Source: Utricularia gibba (taxonomy: Eukaryota > Plantae > Magnoliophyta). From it: 64,000 nucleotides of DNA. Below are positions 13,060 to 25,991 of this stretch, in pieces. The first letter of the stretch is position 1, and the number at the start of each line of letters is the position of its first letter. The notes beneath the pieces are model-generated. The model ran no database searches, had not been told where the DNA came from, and was given only the letters and a program-made list of their open reading frames with translations. The position numbers and the translations under genes were made by a program. The stretch is taken from contig NEEC01000010.1 of assembly GCA_002189035.1 (NCBI GenBank), positions 2,046,001 through 2,110,000 of the forward strand, written 5' to 3'.

Positions 13060-16000
13060 CTATACTGCAATTCGTTGGTACCCCGGCGAATGTTTTTGGT
13101 TGTGGTGAGAACTGGATCGCACTCCCCTCCGCATGAAAAAGCATAGAAGGGCCGATACTAGAATCAACACGAACACTACAATTTCGAAATGCGGCACTGG
13201 TAAAATGGGCATCACATGGAAGCCGCTGCTATCTTCAAAGAAACAGCCCGTATCATTCACAATCTCCTCGTCTTGATTAGCAGTAGCGGGGTCAAGAGCA
13301 AAGTCTAATCTAATTGCTTCGTCCCCAAGTGTGATGCAAGCACTCTTTGATCTGTATCCGGGCGTGCTTGCGATGACTGCATCAATGGGAAGATGATAGC
13401 ATTGATTTGTTAGTCTCACTCTGACTATCAGGGGTTTGCTCTGCAGGAAAAAAGAAACCCTACAGAGTTTTGTATTACTCATCTCAACTCACTAACCTTC
13501 ATACTTTTCTCCAGGGGCTAGTAAGCGATGGTAATCTGCAATTATTTTTGATGCAGTAACCTGTTGATAGAAAAATCAGAACGATTGTAAACGAAAAGCT
13601 GTGCAGATGGAGTGCAAGCTGTTATATGCATACATTGACATTTGTGCCACTGACAGATATGGCTGCTGGCAAGGGCTTCATATCATCAGATGAGTAAGTT
13701 CGTCCGTGTACTCCAGTCTGAATGATTCAGATGTAAAAATCAAATAGCTATAACAGCACATACATAGTTTATACAAAAATAATCTATAACGGGACAGCCT
13801 TGTTCCCCTGACGATAGACGCTATGCATAAATTCCTTGAAACTGCTGGTACCAGGGGCAGTTCTAAAGTATCAAATTGTATATAAGGACAAAAGCATATG
13901 TAGTGACTGGAAAAAAAGCTTCACAGTTCACCACAAAATTTCAGTCCGACAACTGAAGTAGTGGGATTTAGTGTGCATAATGGCAGCTTTCGACATTACC
14001 TCAATGAAAAATTAGTGATAATAATAAAATTTGAGCTAGTCAATCTCTGGAGTAAAGAGTAAGAAAATAGATGAAGAATAATTGAAGTTGCTGTAAACCA
14101 CCTTAACTAGTGAGGCAACAAGGTTAAGCATGCTCAGTCTGTTGTGCTCAAACAAAAGTGGAAGCTGAAAGTGAATATTAAAAGAATCAATCATCATAAA
14201 AAGTTGAGGTCAAGGAGTGGGTGGCTATATTATCAGAAGCAGATCTAACCTCAGTAGCATTAGGCCATTTGTTGTCACTAATCTCCAAGGTAAGTTCAAA
14301 ACATCCATAGTTGATGTAATTCCAATCTTGCATCCCTCCATATATTGGGTACCTGAAAAAAAAAATAGGAAAAGGCAAAGGCAAGTTAAGCAAAGAATGC
14401 ACTAAAATAACTCTTCACGGGAAGGCCATTCGAGAATAAATATAGGGCTCATACTTCACAGCCATACCACAATGCTCCGTTTATAATCCCCCCTGGGAAC
14501 TCCTTGCTTAGGGACATATTATAGTGAGATTTACTGTATACATTAGCCAAGTATCTGAAGGTCTTGTCATCAGGGCATCCAAAGTAGTATCTCCTGCAAT
14601 CGCTTCGTAAGATTAAAGATTATTCAAAAGTAGAAGATCAGACACAAAAACCTCGAAAACACAGATTAAGTGATCGTGCCGCACAAATGCCACTACTAGA
14701 CACTCTCACCAAAGGGCTCAACAATGTGTTCCAAAAACGACTCACTTTTTGTCTTCAGTTCCATCCCATGGGTAATTTGCAACTAATGCTCCCTATTGAA
14801 GGCAGAAAGGCATAAATAAGTTAATTAACATAGGGGTTCATATTTCATCACCTCAGAATTCAGGGAGTATTACCCTGAGCATAAAATCCGAATCGCAGTC
14901 ATTTCATCAATGCCAACTACTTACGTTCATCCTACATAATCTCAATCTTTTAAGCAACAAGAAGAATTACCCCATGCAGACTAGCGGATGCTGTGAAGTG
15001 TATATCTTCCATCCAATTCATAATTGCTTTTGTTTCAGGTTGCCTCAATTCCGTATCATCATTGACATGAAAGAACTATGATAAGAACGTCAGTTAATGC
15101 TAGCTATATTGATCGCAAACAAAATACAAGGGGAAATATGAAACTCTGACCAAAATGCTACCAATCTGGAAATAACCACACCTGGTCAGGAAAATCACGA
15201 TTCAGATCAACATTGTTAAGATTCCCTCGACGTCTTAGGGTGTACCCATCAGGGTTCATTGATGGAAGAATATGGAGGTGGACGTCATTGACAATCAAGG
15301 TTGCCTGTAAAAAGAACCCAGAAAAATATAATAATAAGACTTAGCAGACAACAATACGAGAGGGGTGAGAGCGATTTCGAATTATAAATTTCAGCCAAGC
15401 TTAAAGAACATTGACAAAACGCATATGGGGACATGAAAGGATATACTTTACAAGGAAAAATATATTCAGACCCAAGTAGCTCAATGACCCCAGTTTGCTA
15501 GGACATGAAATTAAGACATTAATGCAAACAACAAACAGAATATAAGGCAATTTATTTCATAAATGTAGTTAGATAATTACCAAAGGATTCTTCATATAAT
15601 TATCACAGAGCCAATTTGCTAGGAGCAACAGAAGCTCGCGGCCTACAGGTTCATCACCATGGACGTTACCAATGAACTGCAATAAGACACCACAAAGCAG
15701 TAGACATAAGTGATGGCATGCTCCTTAAATGGCCAACGTTAATTGAAATCTAATGCAGGACGGTATTTTCTAGGACTACAGAGTAGAAAGAATGACGCAA
15801 AATTTTAGTACCTTGAAAGCAGGTTCTGCCTCTTTACTCCCAGGCTGGTCAGATATTTCTAAAGCCCACTATGATTTTAGGAAGAAAACGAGAGATGAAA
15901 TACTAAGCAAAGCTAATCATAAATATTTGCAAAATAGAATAGCCAAATGAAGCTGCAGTACCAGAGGAACACCAGATGCACTTTTCCCAATGCTGATTGC

Positions 16001-17222
16001 GAATTCCAATAATCCCTCAAAGAGAGAATTAGGAAATGGTTAGTTCCTTGCAAGTTGTATATGACCAGTAATTAAACAACTCCATTGAGTCGCTCCTTCA
16101 TTTCATTAGAGAACTTCCAAATTTGTAAAAACACGTAGCAACTTCCTTATAGATAGACTCCCACCCAGGGTCCCAACAGGAAGTTTGCATTCTCCAAAAG
16201 CTATCATGTACCCGGTTACACAGATCTTACCTATACATTCTAGAAATGTTGCTACACCGTCCGTTGAATTCCTTCATTGCCTTCTCAAGATCAGAATTAC
16301 TCATGTAACCAAGAGCTAACTCTTCACTGAAAGGGATGCAATTTATTTGCATTAGTGCTTAATCAAGCATCGCAGAATTCCATATCAGTAACTAACTTCA
16401 CGTGAAAGGCTGAGAAGCAAACATATACTAAACAGAAATGAGGAAAGGGTTGTCACTTAACAGTTTCTGAATGTACTCCTGCTCTGACATCTGGATAATA
16501 TTTTCCAAATGCAAGCGTCTCCCTTTTCGCCAATTAATACTGTCAAGATAACCTTATTAAAAACAAGAAGAAAAACATTAAAAATCTAAAAGCTTCCCGA
16601 GTCAAATCTTACATATTCATTTAACTCTTCAAAATCAAAGAGACATATACTAGCATACAAAGACACACATACACATGAAACCAACACCGGATTTTAAAAA
16701 TTTGAAAATATTAAGTGCATTGCGAAATAGTTAACTAAATTTCTCTAAATTGATCCACCAGATTCCACAAACTGTCAATTGTATAGTTCACGCGATTTTT
16801 CTGTTTCAGAAATGCCCTGGAGACAATGAAAAAGCACAAAAAATGCGTTGTTTTTCAGCAGCACACAAGTAATGAACACTCATAACAACACATCCCACAA
16901 GTTCGCGCATGGTCACGGCCATAGCAGTAGCACAAGTATCCGGCCAAATTGCATAAACACAGACTTCAAATGTTCCTCTGGATTCTGTTCTTCGACAATA
17001 TCAACTACAAAAATCTACCCGACACTCAGAAAAAGGTTTGAGCAGTGCACTACTTCTTTTTCATCATTTACACAAAATATCCTTTTTCCTAAATTTATAT
17101 CCAAAGCAGGCAGAAATCAAATATACCGGATGCATCCGAGCGAGCCGGAGACGCTCCCTAGCAGTGGCGGAGCAGACGAGAGAAGCTACAAAGAGCGTGA
17201 CAAAGAAGACACGGAGGATCAT
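13060..17222 (-). CDS. SOL1: Zn carboxypeptidase (M14, CPD/SOL1-like), multi-exon, with signal peptide and C-terminal TM
   Basis: [83 protein letters not shown] and a terminal TM exon (13060..~13443). Confidence 0.92.
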
Positions 17223-17323
17223 CGAACCAATTTGAGAGGAATCAAATGGAATTGCAGGAGCGAATTTGGGACACTTGATCGTAAAGCGTAGCTGTTCATC
17301 GAGCGTTGACCTATTCAACACAA

Positions 17324-17759
17324 CACGTGACATGCACGTGATAACACTTACCTAATGGGAAAATTAATAAAATCTTCAGTAAATAAATAATTTCCAAATT
17401 TCAAATAAGACATGCATTTACAGTTCTCTCAAATTATTACAATTTTCTCATGCAAAACAAGCAGTGTTTTAAAATCATGGGTTGAATCCAATTCAATCCA
17501 AGATTTTTTGGATTCCGGTTCAATAATTTTTTATAAAAAATAAAAAAATCTTAAATTTCTAAATATTAAATTATAATTATTTTTATTTTTATAATATATT
17601 AATAATGAATTCAATCCGATTCAATACATCATAAAAATAATTTAATTCAAAATCAAAATCAATCAATGTGAGAAAAAAAACGGGACGCGGGGAAGGAATC
17701 AAGATGCGTTCACACGGGCCAACGGATAGACGTCACACACTTCAAAGCTGTGGCACGTG
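17324..17759. promoter_or_regulatory. Divergent SOL1/catalase promoter with three G-boxes and a GACGTCA motif
   Basis: CACGTG at 17324, 17335 and 17754, and GACGTCA at 17729. The two start codons (17222 minus, 18028 plus) are ~800 bp apart. Confidence 0.45.
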
Positions 17760-18027
17760 GCACCATCGCAGCGGCTCAAGAAGAGATTATTTTCTTTCTT
17801 TTTTGTGGCCAGGATAAACATTGAATAAATAAATATTTTGCTATTTCGATTTTTGGGTTTTCTTTTTTTTATATTATATTTGTTTACATATTTTGGGTGG
17901 ATATAGGTAGCCACACTCATGGGGCCCACACCGCCACATAATCTTTATATGCATCGGCTTCTCTGGAGAAACCCACGCTCTAGCGATTCTTATCCTTTTA
18001 GCTCTGGTTTTCCCTCCTCCTCCCTAC

Positions 18028-20452
18028 ATGGATCCGTACAGGGTATGTGTTTCTGTTTTTTTTTTTCTTGTTTACGTGAAATCGATGGATGGAATTGGGT
18101 GGATTGATTTGATTTTGTAGTTCTATGGAAAAAAAAGCCAGGATTTTGATGGATTTCTGAGAGTTTTTTATCGATTTTTCTTTTGGATTAGTCTTTGCGG
18201 GTTTTGGGTTGATGATTTTGTTTCTTCTCGGTGTGTGGGTTGGGAGGATGGGGGTGTTGAGATGTGATTTTGTGTGCAGCATCGTCCTTCGAGCGCGTTT
18301 AATACGCCTTACTGGACCACGAACTCTGGAGCACCAGTATGGAACAATAACCATTCGTTGACTGCTGGAACCAGAGGTATTTTTAATTGATTTCTGGGAT
18401 TTTTCATGTTCGTTAAGAGTTTCGAAGTGCATGCTTGCTGAATTTAGAAAGTGCACGATGATTAGGTGCTCTCGTTTTTTATTTAGCTTTTCACGCATTG
18501 ACATAAGAGGGTGATTTTCCTGATTGGTGTTGTCCTTTGATGTCTGCAGGGCCAATTCTCCTCGAGGACTACCACTTGTTAGAGAAACTTGCCAACTTTG
18601 ACCGTGAGAGGATCCCTGAACGCGTTGTCCATGCTAGAGGTGCCAGTGCAAAGGGTTTTTTTGAGGTCACGCATGATATTTCTAATCTCACATGTGCGGA
18701 CTTTCTTCGGGCTCCTGGTGTTCAGACACCTGTTATTGTTAGATTTTCTACTGTCATCCATGAACGTGGAAGCCCTGAAACTCTCAGAGATCCTAGAGGT
18801 TTTGCTGTGAAATTCTATACTAGAGAGGTATAAAATGTGTTTTTCTTTAGGCATCTTTTCGAGGAAGTTGATGAAACTTACCATCCATGACCCTCGTCAT
18901 AATGTTTTATCTAACAGATCATTTGCCTATTTTTTTTGACACAGGGAAATTTTGATTTGGTGGGGAACAACTTCCCGGTCTTTTTTGTTCGTGATGGAAT
19001 GAAATTCCCTGATATGGTTCATGCTTTGAAACCAAATCCTAAGTCCCACATACAAGAGAACTGGAGAATCCTCGATTTTTTCTCCCATCACCCAGAGAGT
19101 TTGCATATGTTCACTTTCCTCTTTGATGATCTTGGTGTTCCTCAAGATTATAGGCACATGGAAGGGTCTGGTGTCAACACCTATACATTGATCAACAAGG
19201 CCGGGAAAGCACATTATGTGAAGTTTCACTGGAAGCCTACTTGTGGAGTGAAGTGTCTCCTGGAGGATGAAGCTCTCAAGGTTGGAGGAGCTAATCATAG
19301 TCATGCAACGCAGGATCTGTATGATTCGATTGCTGCCGGAAACTTCCCTGAGTGGAAGCTTTTCATTCAGACCATTGATCCGGATCATGAAGACAGATTC
19401 GATTTTGACCCTCTTGATGTAACCAAGACTTGGCCAGAAGACATTTTGCCCCTGCAGCCAGTGGGTCGGTTGGTCTTGAACAGGAACATAGACAACTTCT
19501 TTGCAGAAAATGAGCAGCTCGCTTTTTGCCCCGCCATTATTGTCCCTGGCATCTACTATTCTGATGACAAGCTTCTCCAGACTCGGATATTTTCTTATGC
19601 GGATACACAGAGACACCGTCTTGGACCAAACTATCTCCAGCTTCCAGCAAATGCTCCAAAGACTGCTCATCATAACAATCACCACGAGGGCTTCATGAAT
19701 TTCATGCACAGGGATGAGGAGGTAATTTGACTAAAGCAGGTTCCCTTGATTCGTGAAGGAGCTTTCACTCGTTTGAATGATGCACCAATGTCATTGTTGT
19801 CTTTCCTTGCATTTGTGTGATCAACATTTTGTTTCAGGTAAATTACTTCCCTTCGAGGCATGATCCTTGTCGCCATGCTGACAAAGTCCCCATTCCAACT
19901 GCAGTGTTGCCTGGAAGGCGTGAAAAGGTATGTTTGTTCACTCACATTTTGCTACTGTTTGCTGTGATTTCAATTCTGTTTTTGACTAGAGACTCATCTA
20001 GATTCCACTGTTTAACAAAGAATGCCTAAAAAAAAGAAGTTGCGTTGGATAATATATAGGTCTGCATAGAAAAAGAGAACAACTTCAAGCAGCCAGGGGA
20101 GAGATTCCGCTCCTGGGATTCAGACAGGTAACTCTTGTTCATCAGGGAAAACTTTCTTTAGGTAGAGATCCCCTTCAATGGATTCGGAAAGGTAATCATT
20201 TTTATTGTCTTTCTGGGGTTTTCCAGGCAGGAGAGATTCATCCGTCGGTGGGTTGATGCTCTCTCTGAGCCTCGCGTCACCCCTGAGATCCGCAGCATCT
20301 GGATTTCATACTGGTCTCAGGTACACACCAACAGCTTATCAATCTCCATCATGCAGTATCAGTATCGTTAGTTTCTGTGATTTGTTGCGCAGGCGGACAA
20401 GACCCTCGGGCAGAAACTGGCTTCTCGCGTCAACGTGAAGCCTACCATGTGA
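18028..20452 (+). CDS. CAT: Catalase, 8 exons
   Basis: MDPYR|[63 protein letters not shown]; ends NVKPTM*. Canonical splice sites. Confidence 0.98.
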
Positions 20453-21083
20453 AAAAACTGTGAAACCACTGCAAGAAAAAAAATGCCGCATGTAGAGAAG
20501 TGATGGTTGATGTTGCACAGTGACTGAAGTCTGCTACAGCCTACAATACCAGTTGTTGTACTTCGCTATGTGTGGTGACTGCTGATAAAAATAAACAACC
20601 CCGAAACGCTCTGTTTCCAATAAAAAAAAAAGTTGCTTGTAAGAGTGCTGCAGTTAATCATATGTTTAACTCAACAATCAAAGATCAAGCACACAGATGC
20701 TGATTCCCATGCATTATTTGGAAGAACAGACAAACGGTCTATGGTTTTTCAATTGAAACGTGTGCCAATGATCAGTATCATCATCCTTTCAGGTAGAAAC
20801 ACTTCTGCATAGAAACTCGATCACAGCACCAAGGAGAATGTTCAAACATCAAACGCTATCAGCATCAAATAATCAATAATACGGCGATGATCTTGAATCA
20901 AGAAGAAGGAAACTTACAGATAGTGGGGTCTGCGGATCAAAACATGTAACCAGCAGAAGAAAAGCACACTCCCAAGAACATCATAGCTGAAGTTGCGTGC
21001 ATTTCGGAGTGTCATTGACTGATTTCCTCCACGCAATCTTCACAAGTATACCCCAATAGTCTTGATTTTCTATCCAGCAAGAC

Positions 21084-22101
21084 TCAGTATTTGAGTTCAG
21101 TAAACACTGCTGGATAAGGAGCGACATATTTTTCATGGAATTTCTGATCAGTATACCGGCAAGCAGCTAGAGTAGGCCATTTCTTGATCAGCTTACGCTT
21201 CTCCAAAATCTCCAACACATGCAACCTTGGCTTAATCCGTTTATCGATGCTGCACCATAGAATCGGCGGGTTTGACACTATGGATTTTACTGTGTATTTC
21301 TTGGTGGCGAGAATAATCCTTACTATTCTCTCAATTTTCTCGAGCGATGTAGCGAACACCTGGGGTGCTTTCCTGAATATTTCCAGAATATCAGCATCTG
21401 CGAAGCCCAGGTTCCGAAAAGTTCGAAACTTTAGCTGCCAAGTTTTGTCGTTCATACATGAAAGAACCCAGAGAGCATAGATATACATTTTGGAGCTTGA
21501 ATCCATCCCAAATGTTTCCCAATTTGTCAACATGCTTTCTGAGAATCTCAGGCTTCATGGATAACGCCCCTGGAGCTATACTCAAGAGAAGCATGATGCG
21601 CTGCATAGATAACCCACGAATCTTGAGGAACTCAATGTTTGGGTACAGAGTTTTTCTCAGATCACTTGTTAAGAACCTCAACCCAGGCTTCCTGATAGTA
21701 ACAACTTCACTAACGGAACCCAACAAATTCTGTAGAAGAGAGAGTGAAGGGATGAGCCTCCTGCCTGCACTGGTGCACAGAATTAAGGGTTCTGCGGAGA
21801 TAATCTTTGCAATTTGAGAATCAGAAAACCCAAATTCCTTGAATACGTTGATTTTTGGCTTGATGGATTTCTCCACATTCGCGAGACGCAGTCGCGGCCT
21901 GGCTTTCAACACCTTCTCCAATTGGGTGTCCGAAAATCCGTTCTCCTTCAAGTAAACCGCTATCGGGGTCTTCTCTTTGGCGGGTCGGCTCTCGGAGGCA
22001 GCGATGCTGGAGAAAAAATGCGGCGGAACCGCCCGCCGACAAGAACCTCCTCCCTTGGGAAACAAACAGAAGAAGCTCTTGCGGAGCTGTGCGGAAATCA
22101 T
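21084..22101 (-). CDS. mTERF family protein, copy A (intronless; one frameshift at ~21520)
   Basis: ORFs 21391..22101 and 21084..21533 join if one G is removed. MISAQLR start and mTERF motifs (GFSDTQL, PKI, RKAPQVF, PRLHVL). Confidence 0.88.
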
Positions 22102-22759
22102 GCTGAGGAAACTTGGATTCCTCCGTAAGCCCTAATTTTCTCCTTTCTCAGTCAACCCAAACAACACAAGGGCAGCAAGGAGAACACAGATTACAAATCA
22201 GGAGTTTTGTGAGCGCCGACGGGGGCTTTGACCTTAGACGAAAAACCGCATTGGAAATGGGTCTTTGAAAAACGATGCTGTTGCACAAGAAAAGGAACGA
22301 ATGCGGGACTCGTCGACGTTGCACAGTGATAGTGTCTCCTACAAGACAAACAACACCATGGCAATCACTTGCAGTGTGGACTGTTCAGATTTTCAAGTGA
22401 AACAGTCACTAGACAACACAATATGTATCAATGATCTTCCGCAAAATCCTCTACTACACAGTGAATCGATCACAAAACCAGGAGAATGCACAGATATCAA
22501 ATTCTGTGCATCATAAAAAAAGAAATGAGCTATCGATGATCTCGAATCAACAACTAAGCAAACTAGCAGCTAGTCAGGTTATCGGCCAAAATTTGCAGCA
22601 TGCTTCATTCATACAACATCGACGCCATCTAACTCTCCCATTTCACATGTAGCAAAGATCAGCCTTTTCTTCAAGCTAGTCAAAGTCCAACCAAAACAGA
22701 CAAAGTTTGATAATTTCGTCTACTTCAAGACTGTAGAAAAACCCCACCTTAAGAGAAGG

Positions 22760-23833
22760 TCATTTTGCTTCTAGCAGGATGCTTTTTTTCTCTCGTTGGG
22801 GTTTCTCAGTGAATACTCTTGGGTAAGGAGCAACAAATTTTTCATGAAATTTCTCATCCGTAGAGCCGAAAGCAACTGCAAGACTACGCCATTTCTTGAG
22901 CAGTTTATTCTTATCCAGAATCACAAGTACTTTCAGTCGTGGCTTCAAACGTTTCTCTAAGCTGAAATAGAAACACACCGGGTACCTCACTAAGGATGAT
23001 ACTGAGTATTTCTTGGTGGCGACAACAGCTTCACAGATTCCCTTAATCTTCTCCTGTGACGTAATGAACACCTGGGGTGCTTTCCTGAATATCATTAGAG
23101 CCTCAGATTCTGTCACACCCATGTCTTTAAAAGTCTGCAACTTTAGTTCCCAAACTCGGTTGCTCATAGATGCAACCGCCCATAAACCATAGATAAACAT
23201 CTCGGAGCTTGGCTCTATTCCCAATCTAGCCAATTTTTCGACACGCTTTCTGATATTTTCAGGCTTGTTGAAAAATGTTGTTGGGCATAAACGTAAAAGA
23301 CGAAGGATACTTCGCCTAGATAGCCCGAGGCCAGTGAGGAATTCAACGTTTGGGGACAGAGATTTCTTCAAGTCACATGTAAAGAATTTGATGCTCTTCC
23401 GCAGAAGTTGGAAAGCGTCGCCAGTAGAATCCAACAAATTCCCTAGCTGGGAAAGTGCAGGGTAAATTCGATTCCTTAAGCTGCAAGACAAAACTATTGG
23501 ATTTTTTGTGACAATGCACGTAATTTCATCAGCAGAAAACCCAAACTTTTGAAAAGTGTCAATCTTCGGCTTTAGGGTTTTTTCCACACTCGCGAAACGC
23601 AGACTCTGCGTTTTACTGAATATAGCCCTCAATTGGGTGTCGGAAAAGCCATTGCTCATCAAGAAGGACGCAGCTGGACAGGAATCATCGGAGTTTCTAT
23701 CACTTTTCGCAGGTGGGCGCTTGGAAGCCAATTGAGGAGCAAGGTTGGAGAAAAAATGGAGGGACGCCGACGAATCTGTTTTCTCTAGCAAACAGAACAA
23801 GCTTTTCCGCAGCTGTGCCGAAATCATCATCAC
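22760..23833 (-). CDS. mTERF family protein, copy B (intact, 357 aa)
   Basis: MMMISAQLRK start, GFSDTQL, KTLKPKID, PNVEFL, RKAPQVF, EKRLKPRL. Confidence 0.93.
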   Translation of the reverse strand: MMMISAQLRKSLFCLLEKTDSSASLHFFSNLAPQLASKRPPAKSDRNSDDSCPAASFLMSNGFSDTQLRAIFSKTQSLRFASVEKTLKPKIDTFQKFGFSADEITCIVTKNPIVLSCSLRNRIYPALSQLGNLLDSTGDAFQLLRKSIKFFTCDLKKSLSPNVEFLTGLGLSRRSILRLLRLCPTTFFNKPENIRKRVEKLARLGIEPSSEMFIYGLWAVASMSNRVWELKLQTFKDMGVTESEALMIFRKAPQVFITSQEKIKGICEAVVATKKYSVSSLVRYPVCFYFSLEKRLKPRLKVLVILDKNKLLKKWRSLAVAFGSTDEKFHEKFVAPYPRVFTEKPQREKKSILLEAK

Positions 23834-23840
23834 CGAACTC

Positions 23841-24137
23841 TTAGAATTCCCCTCGAAATCCTTTGCAATTCATAGCGATTACAGGATCCACAGAGAGCCT
23901 ACTGCACCCAAAAGGTCGATCTTCGGCTTTAAGGCCACATTGGCGAAACGCAGGCTCTGCCTTTTCCTGAACACGATCTCCAATTGGGTGTCGGAACTTC
24001 AAGAACGATGCAGCTGGTGTGAAATCATCAAACTTTCTGTAGCCCTTGGGAAAGGAGGAGAAAAAATAAGGATTCTTCGGTGAATCTCTCCTTCGAAACA
24101 AACAGCGCACGCCGTTACACAGCTGTGCGGAAATCAT
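23841..24137 (-). pseudogene. 5'-only mTERF fragment, copy C
   Basis: MISAQLC start. After a shift it reads SDTQLEIVFRKRQSLRFANV-ALKPKIDLL and then stops. It ends 7 nt before the copy B ATG. Confidence 0.8.
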
Positions 24138-24583
24138 CGTCCCCAAACTCAACAACGTTCCTTCTGAAATCACGATTCACCTAAACCCTAATCTCCAGAC
24201 TCCGCCTTCGGTGCAGTGAAACGACAACGTTTACCATTTTTAATGACTTTATTTAGACAATTTGAAATAAAATAAAAGCTTTTCAACAATGCACTTCTTT
24301 TTCATTCTAGGAAAACCTGGGCAAAAAGACTTGCTAAGCCATCCTGAACCATCACAGAATGCAGCAACATGCAAATTAAACCTCTGGAAGCAGCAACATT
24401 CAGCATGTCGAAACTGGGACGATGAGGATTCGACCTTGAAAAATCCAAATCGTCTGTAAATTGATGGTTCGGTTCAACTCTATGTTGCACTTCTGGGATA
24501 TGAATCATGGATATGTTCACTGCATCACCATTTGTGAGATGCAAATCCCTGAAACAACACAACTCAAGGCCAATTATTCCGTG

Positions 24584-25666
24584 TCAAGCAACAGTCTTCT
24601 TTCTTCTCTTGGTAGTAGAAGTGACTCTTTTGAATACTTCGGGATGTGGGGCAACGAAAAGTTCATGGAATTTTTCATCTTTTAAGAAGATCGCTGAAAG
24701 ACCAGGCCACTTCTTGATCAGTTTCCTCTCCTCCAGGATCTTTAACACTTCTAGCCTTGGCTTCCATCGGCCCTCTATGCTGTAGCCAAAGCATGCTGGG
24801 TTTGCTATGATGGATGCTCTGTTGTATCTCTTTGAAGCTAAAGCAACTTCCACCACTCTCTTAATCTTATCCGACGATATAGTGAACACCAGGGGTGCTT
24901 TCCTGAAAATGATCAGAGCTTCAGACTCTTTGAAACCAAGGCTCTTCAATGTCTCCAGTTTTAAATCCCAAACTTCATTGCTCAGAGATGTAACAGCTTG
25001 AAGACAATAGATAAACATGGTGGAGCTTGTGTTCACTCCCAACCTTTCCAATTTTTCTACCCTTTGTCTAAACATCTCATGAGAGTAGAGTAAGACTCTA
25101 GTATTCGAACTCAAGATCTTATTCATTACCTCTGTAGGGACGCCACATTTTTTTAGGAACTCGATATTTGGGTGCAGAGTTTTCTCCATATGAGTTGTGA
25201 AGATCCACCCGGTCTTCCGCAAAACCTTAAAAACTTGCTCATTGGAACCGAACAAATTATGTAGCAGAGACAGCAACCGGCGGAGGCTTTCGCTGGCAGT
25301 GCACACAAGGCCAGGTTGTCTGGTGATGATCTCCACAATCTCAGATTCCGAATACCCAAATTCCTGGAGAACATCGATCTTTGGCTTTACGGATTTCTCC
25401 ACATTCGCGAAACGCAATTGTGGCCTATGTTTTAACATTCTTTCCAACTGGGTGTCGGAAACGCCATTCTTCTTCAACAACGAAGCAAGTGACCCGGTAT
25501 TCCCCGGGTTCTTGCTCGGTGGAAGTTCAGAAACTCCCGGCGCGGCGACGGTGGAGAATAAAATCAGAGGACGCAGCAATGGAACACGAGATTCCCCCAG
25601 AAACGACGCAGCTGATTTGCATGCACACAAATTGGAGAAGTTGCTGCGCAGCTGAGCAGAAATCAT
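24584..25666 (-). CDS. mTERF family protein, copy D (intact, 360 aa)
   Basis: MISAQLRS start, GVSDTQL, VKPKID, PNIEFLK, RKAPLVF, KPRLEVL. Confidence 0.93.
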   Translation of the reverse strand: MISAQLRSNFSNLCACKSAASFLGESRVPLLRPLILFSTVAAPGVSELPPSKNPGNTGSLASLLKKNGVSDTQLERMLKHRPQLRFANVEKSVKPKIDVLQEFGYSESEIVEIITRQPGLVCTASESLRRLLSLLHNLFGSNEQVFKVLRKTGWIFTTHMEKTLHPNIEFLKKCGVPTEVMNKILSSNTRVLLYSHEMFRQRVEKLERLGVNTSSTMFIYCLQAVTSLSNEVWDLKLETLKSLGFKESEALIIFRKAPLVFTISSDKIKRVVEVALASKRYNRASIIANPACFGYSIEGRWKPRLEVLKILEERKLIKKWPGLSAIFLKDEKFHELFVAPHPEVFKRVTSTTKRRKKTVA

Positions 25667-25991
25667 TGTGATAAAAACCCCCAGATCACTCGCACTTCTA
25701 AACCACCGGAATCCTCCTGTAAACCCTAATTTCCTCCATCAGAATTCAAAAGGCACAGTTTCCCCTTATTCAACTTGGTTCCCCAAATTCCTCAGACAAT
25801 TAATTAACACATCAGCACCCTCATTCATTTTCCAAAAACATAAATAAAAATTATTTAAATCCTATTCCTTTTTTAACGCACTAAACATAATTTTACTGTA
25901 GTTTCTTGTCTGCGTAACACAATTTGGTTTAAAAAAACCTTAAAAAATGTTCATAACTTGAAACTGTTGCCCACAAACAAAATTTCCCATC

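Noticed and set aside
15436-15444. U12-type ATATCCTTT donor motif on the minus strand
   Set aside because: It lies inside a SOL1 intron already bounded by GT-AG, not at an exon end.
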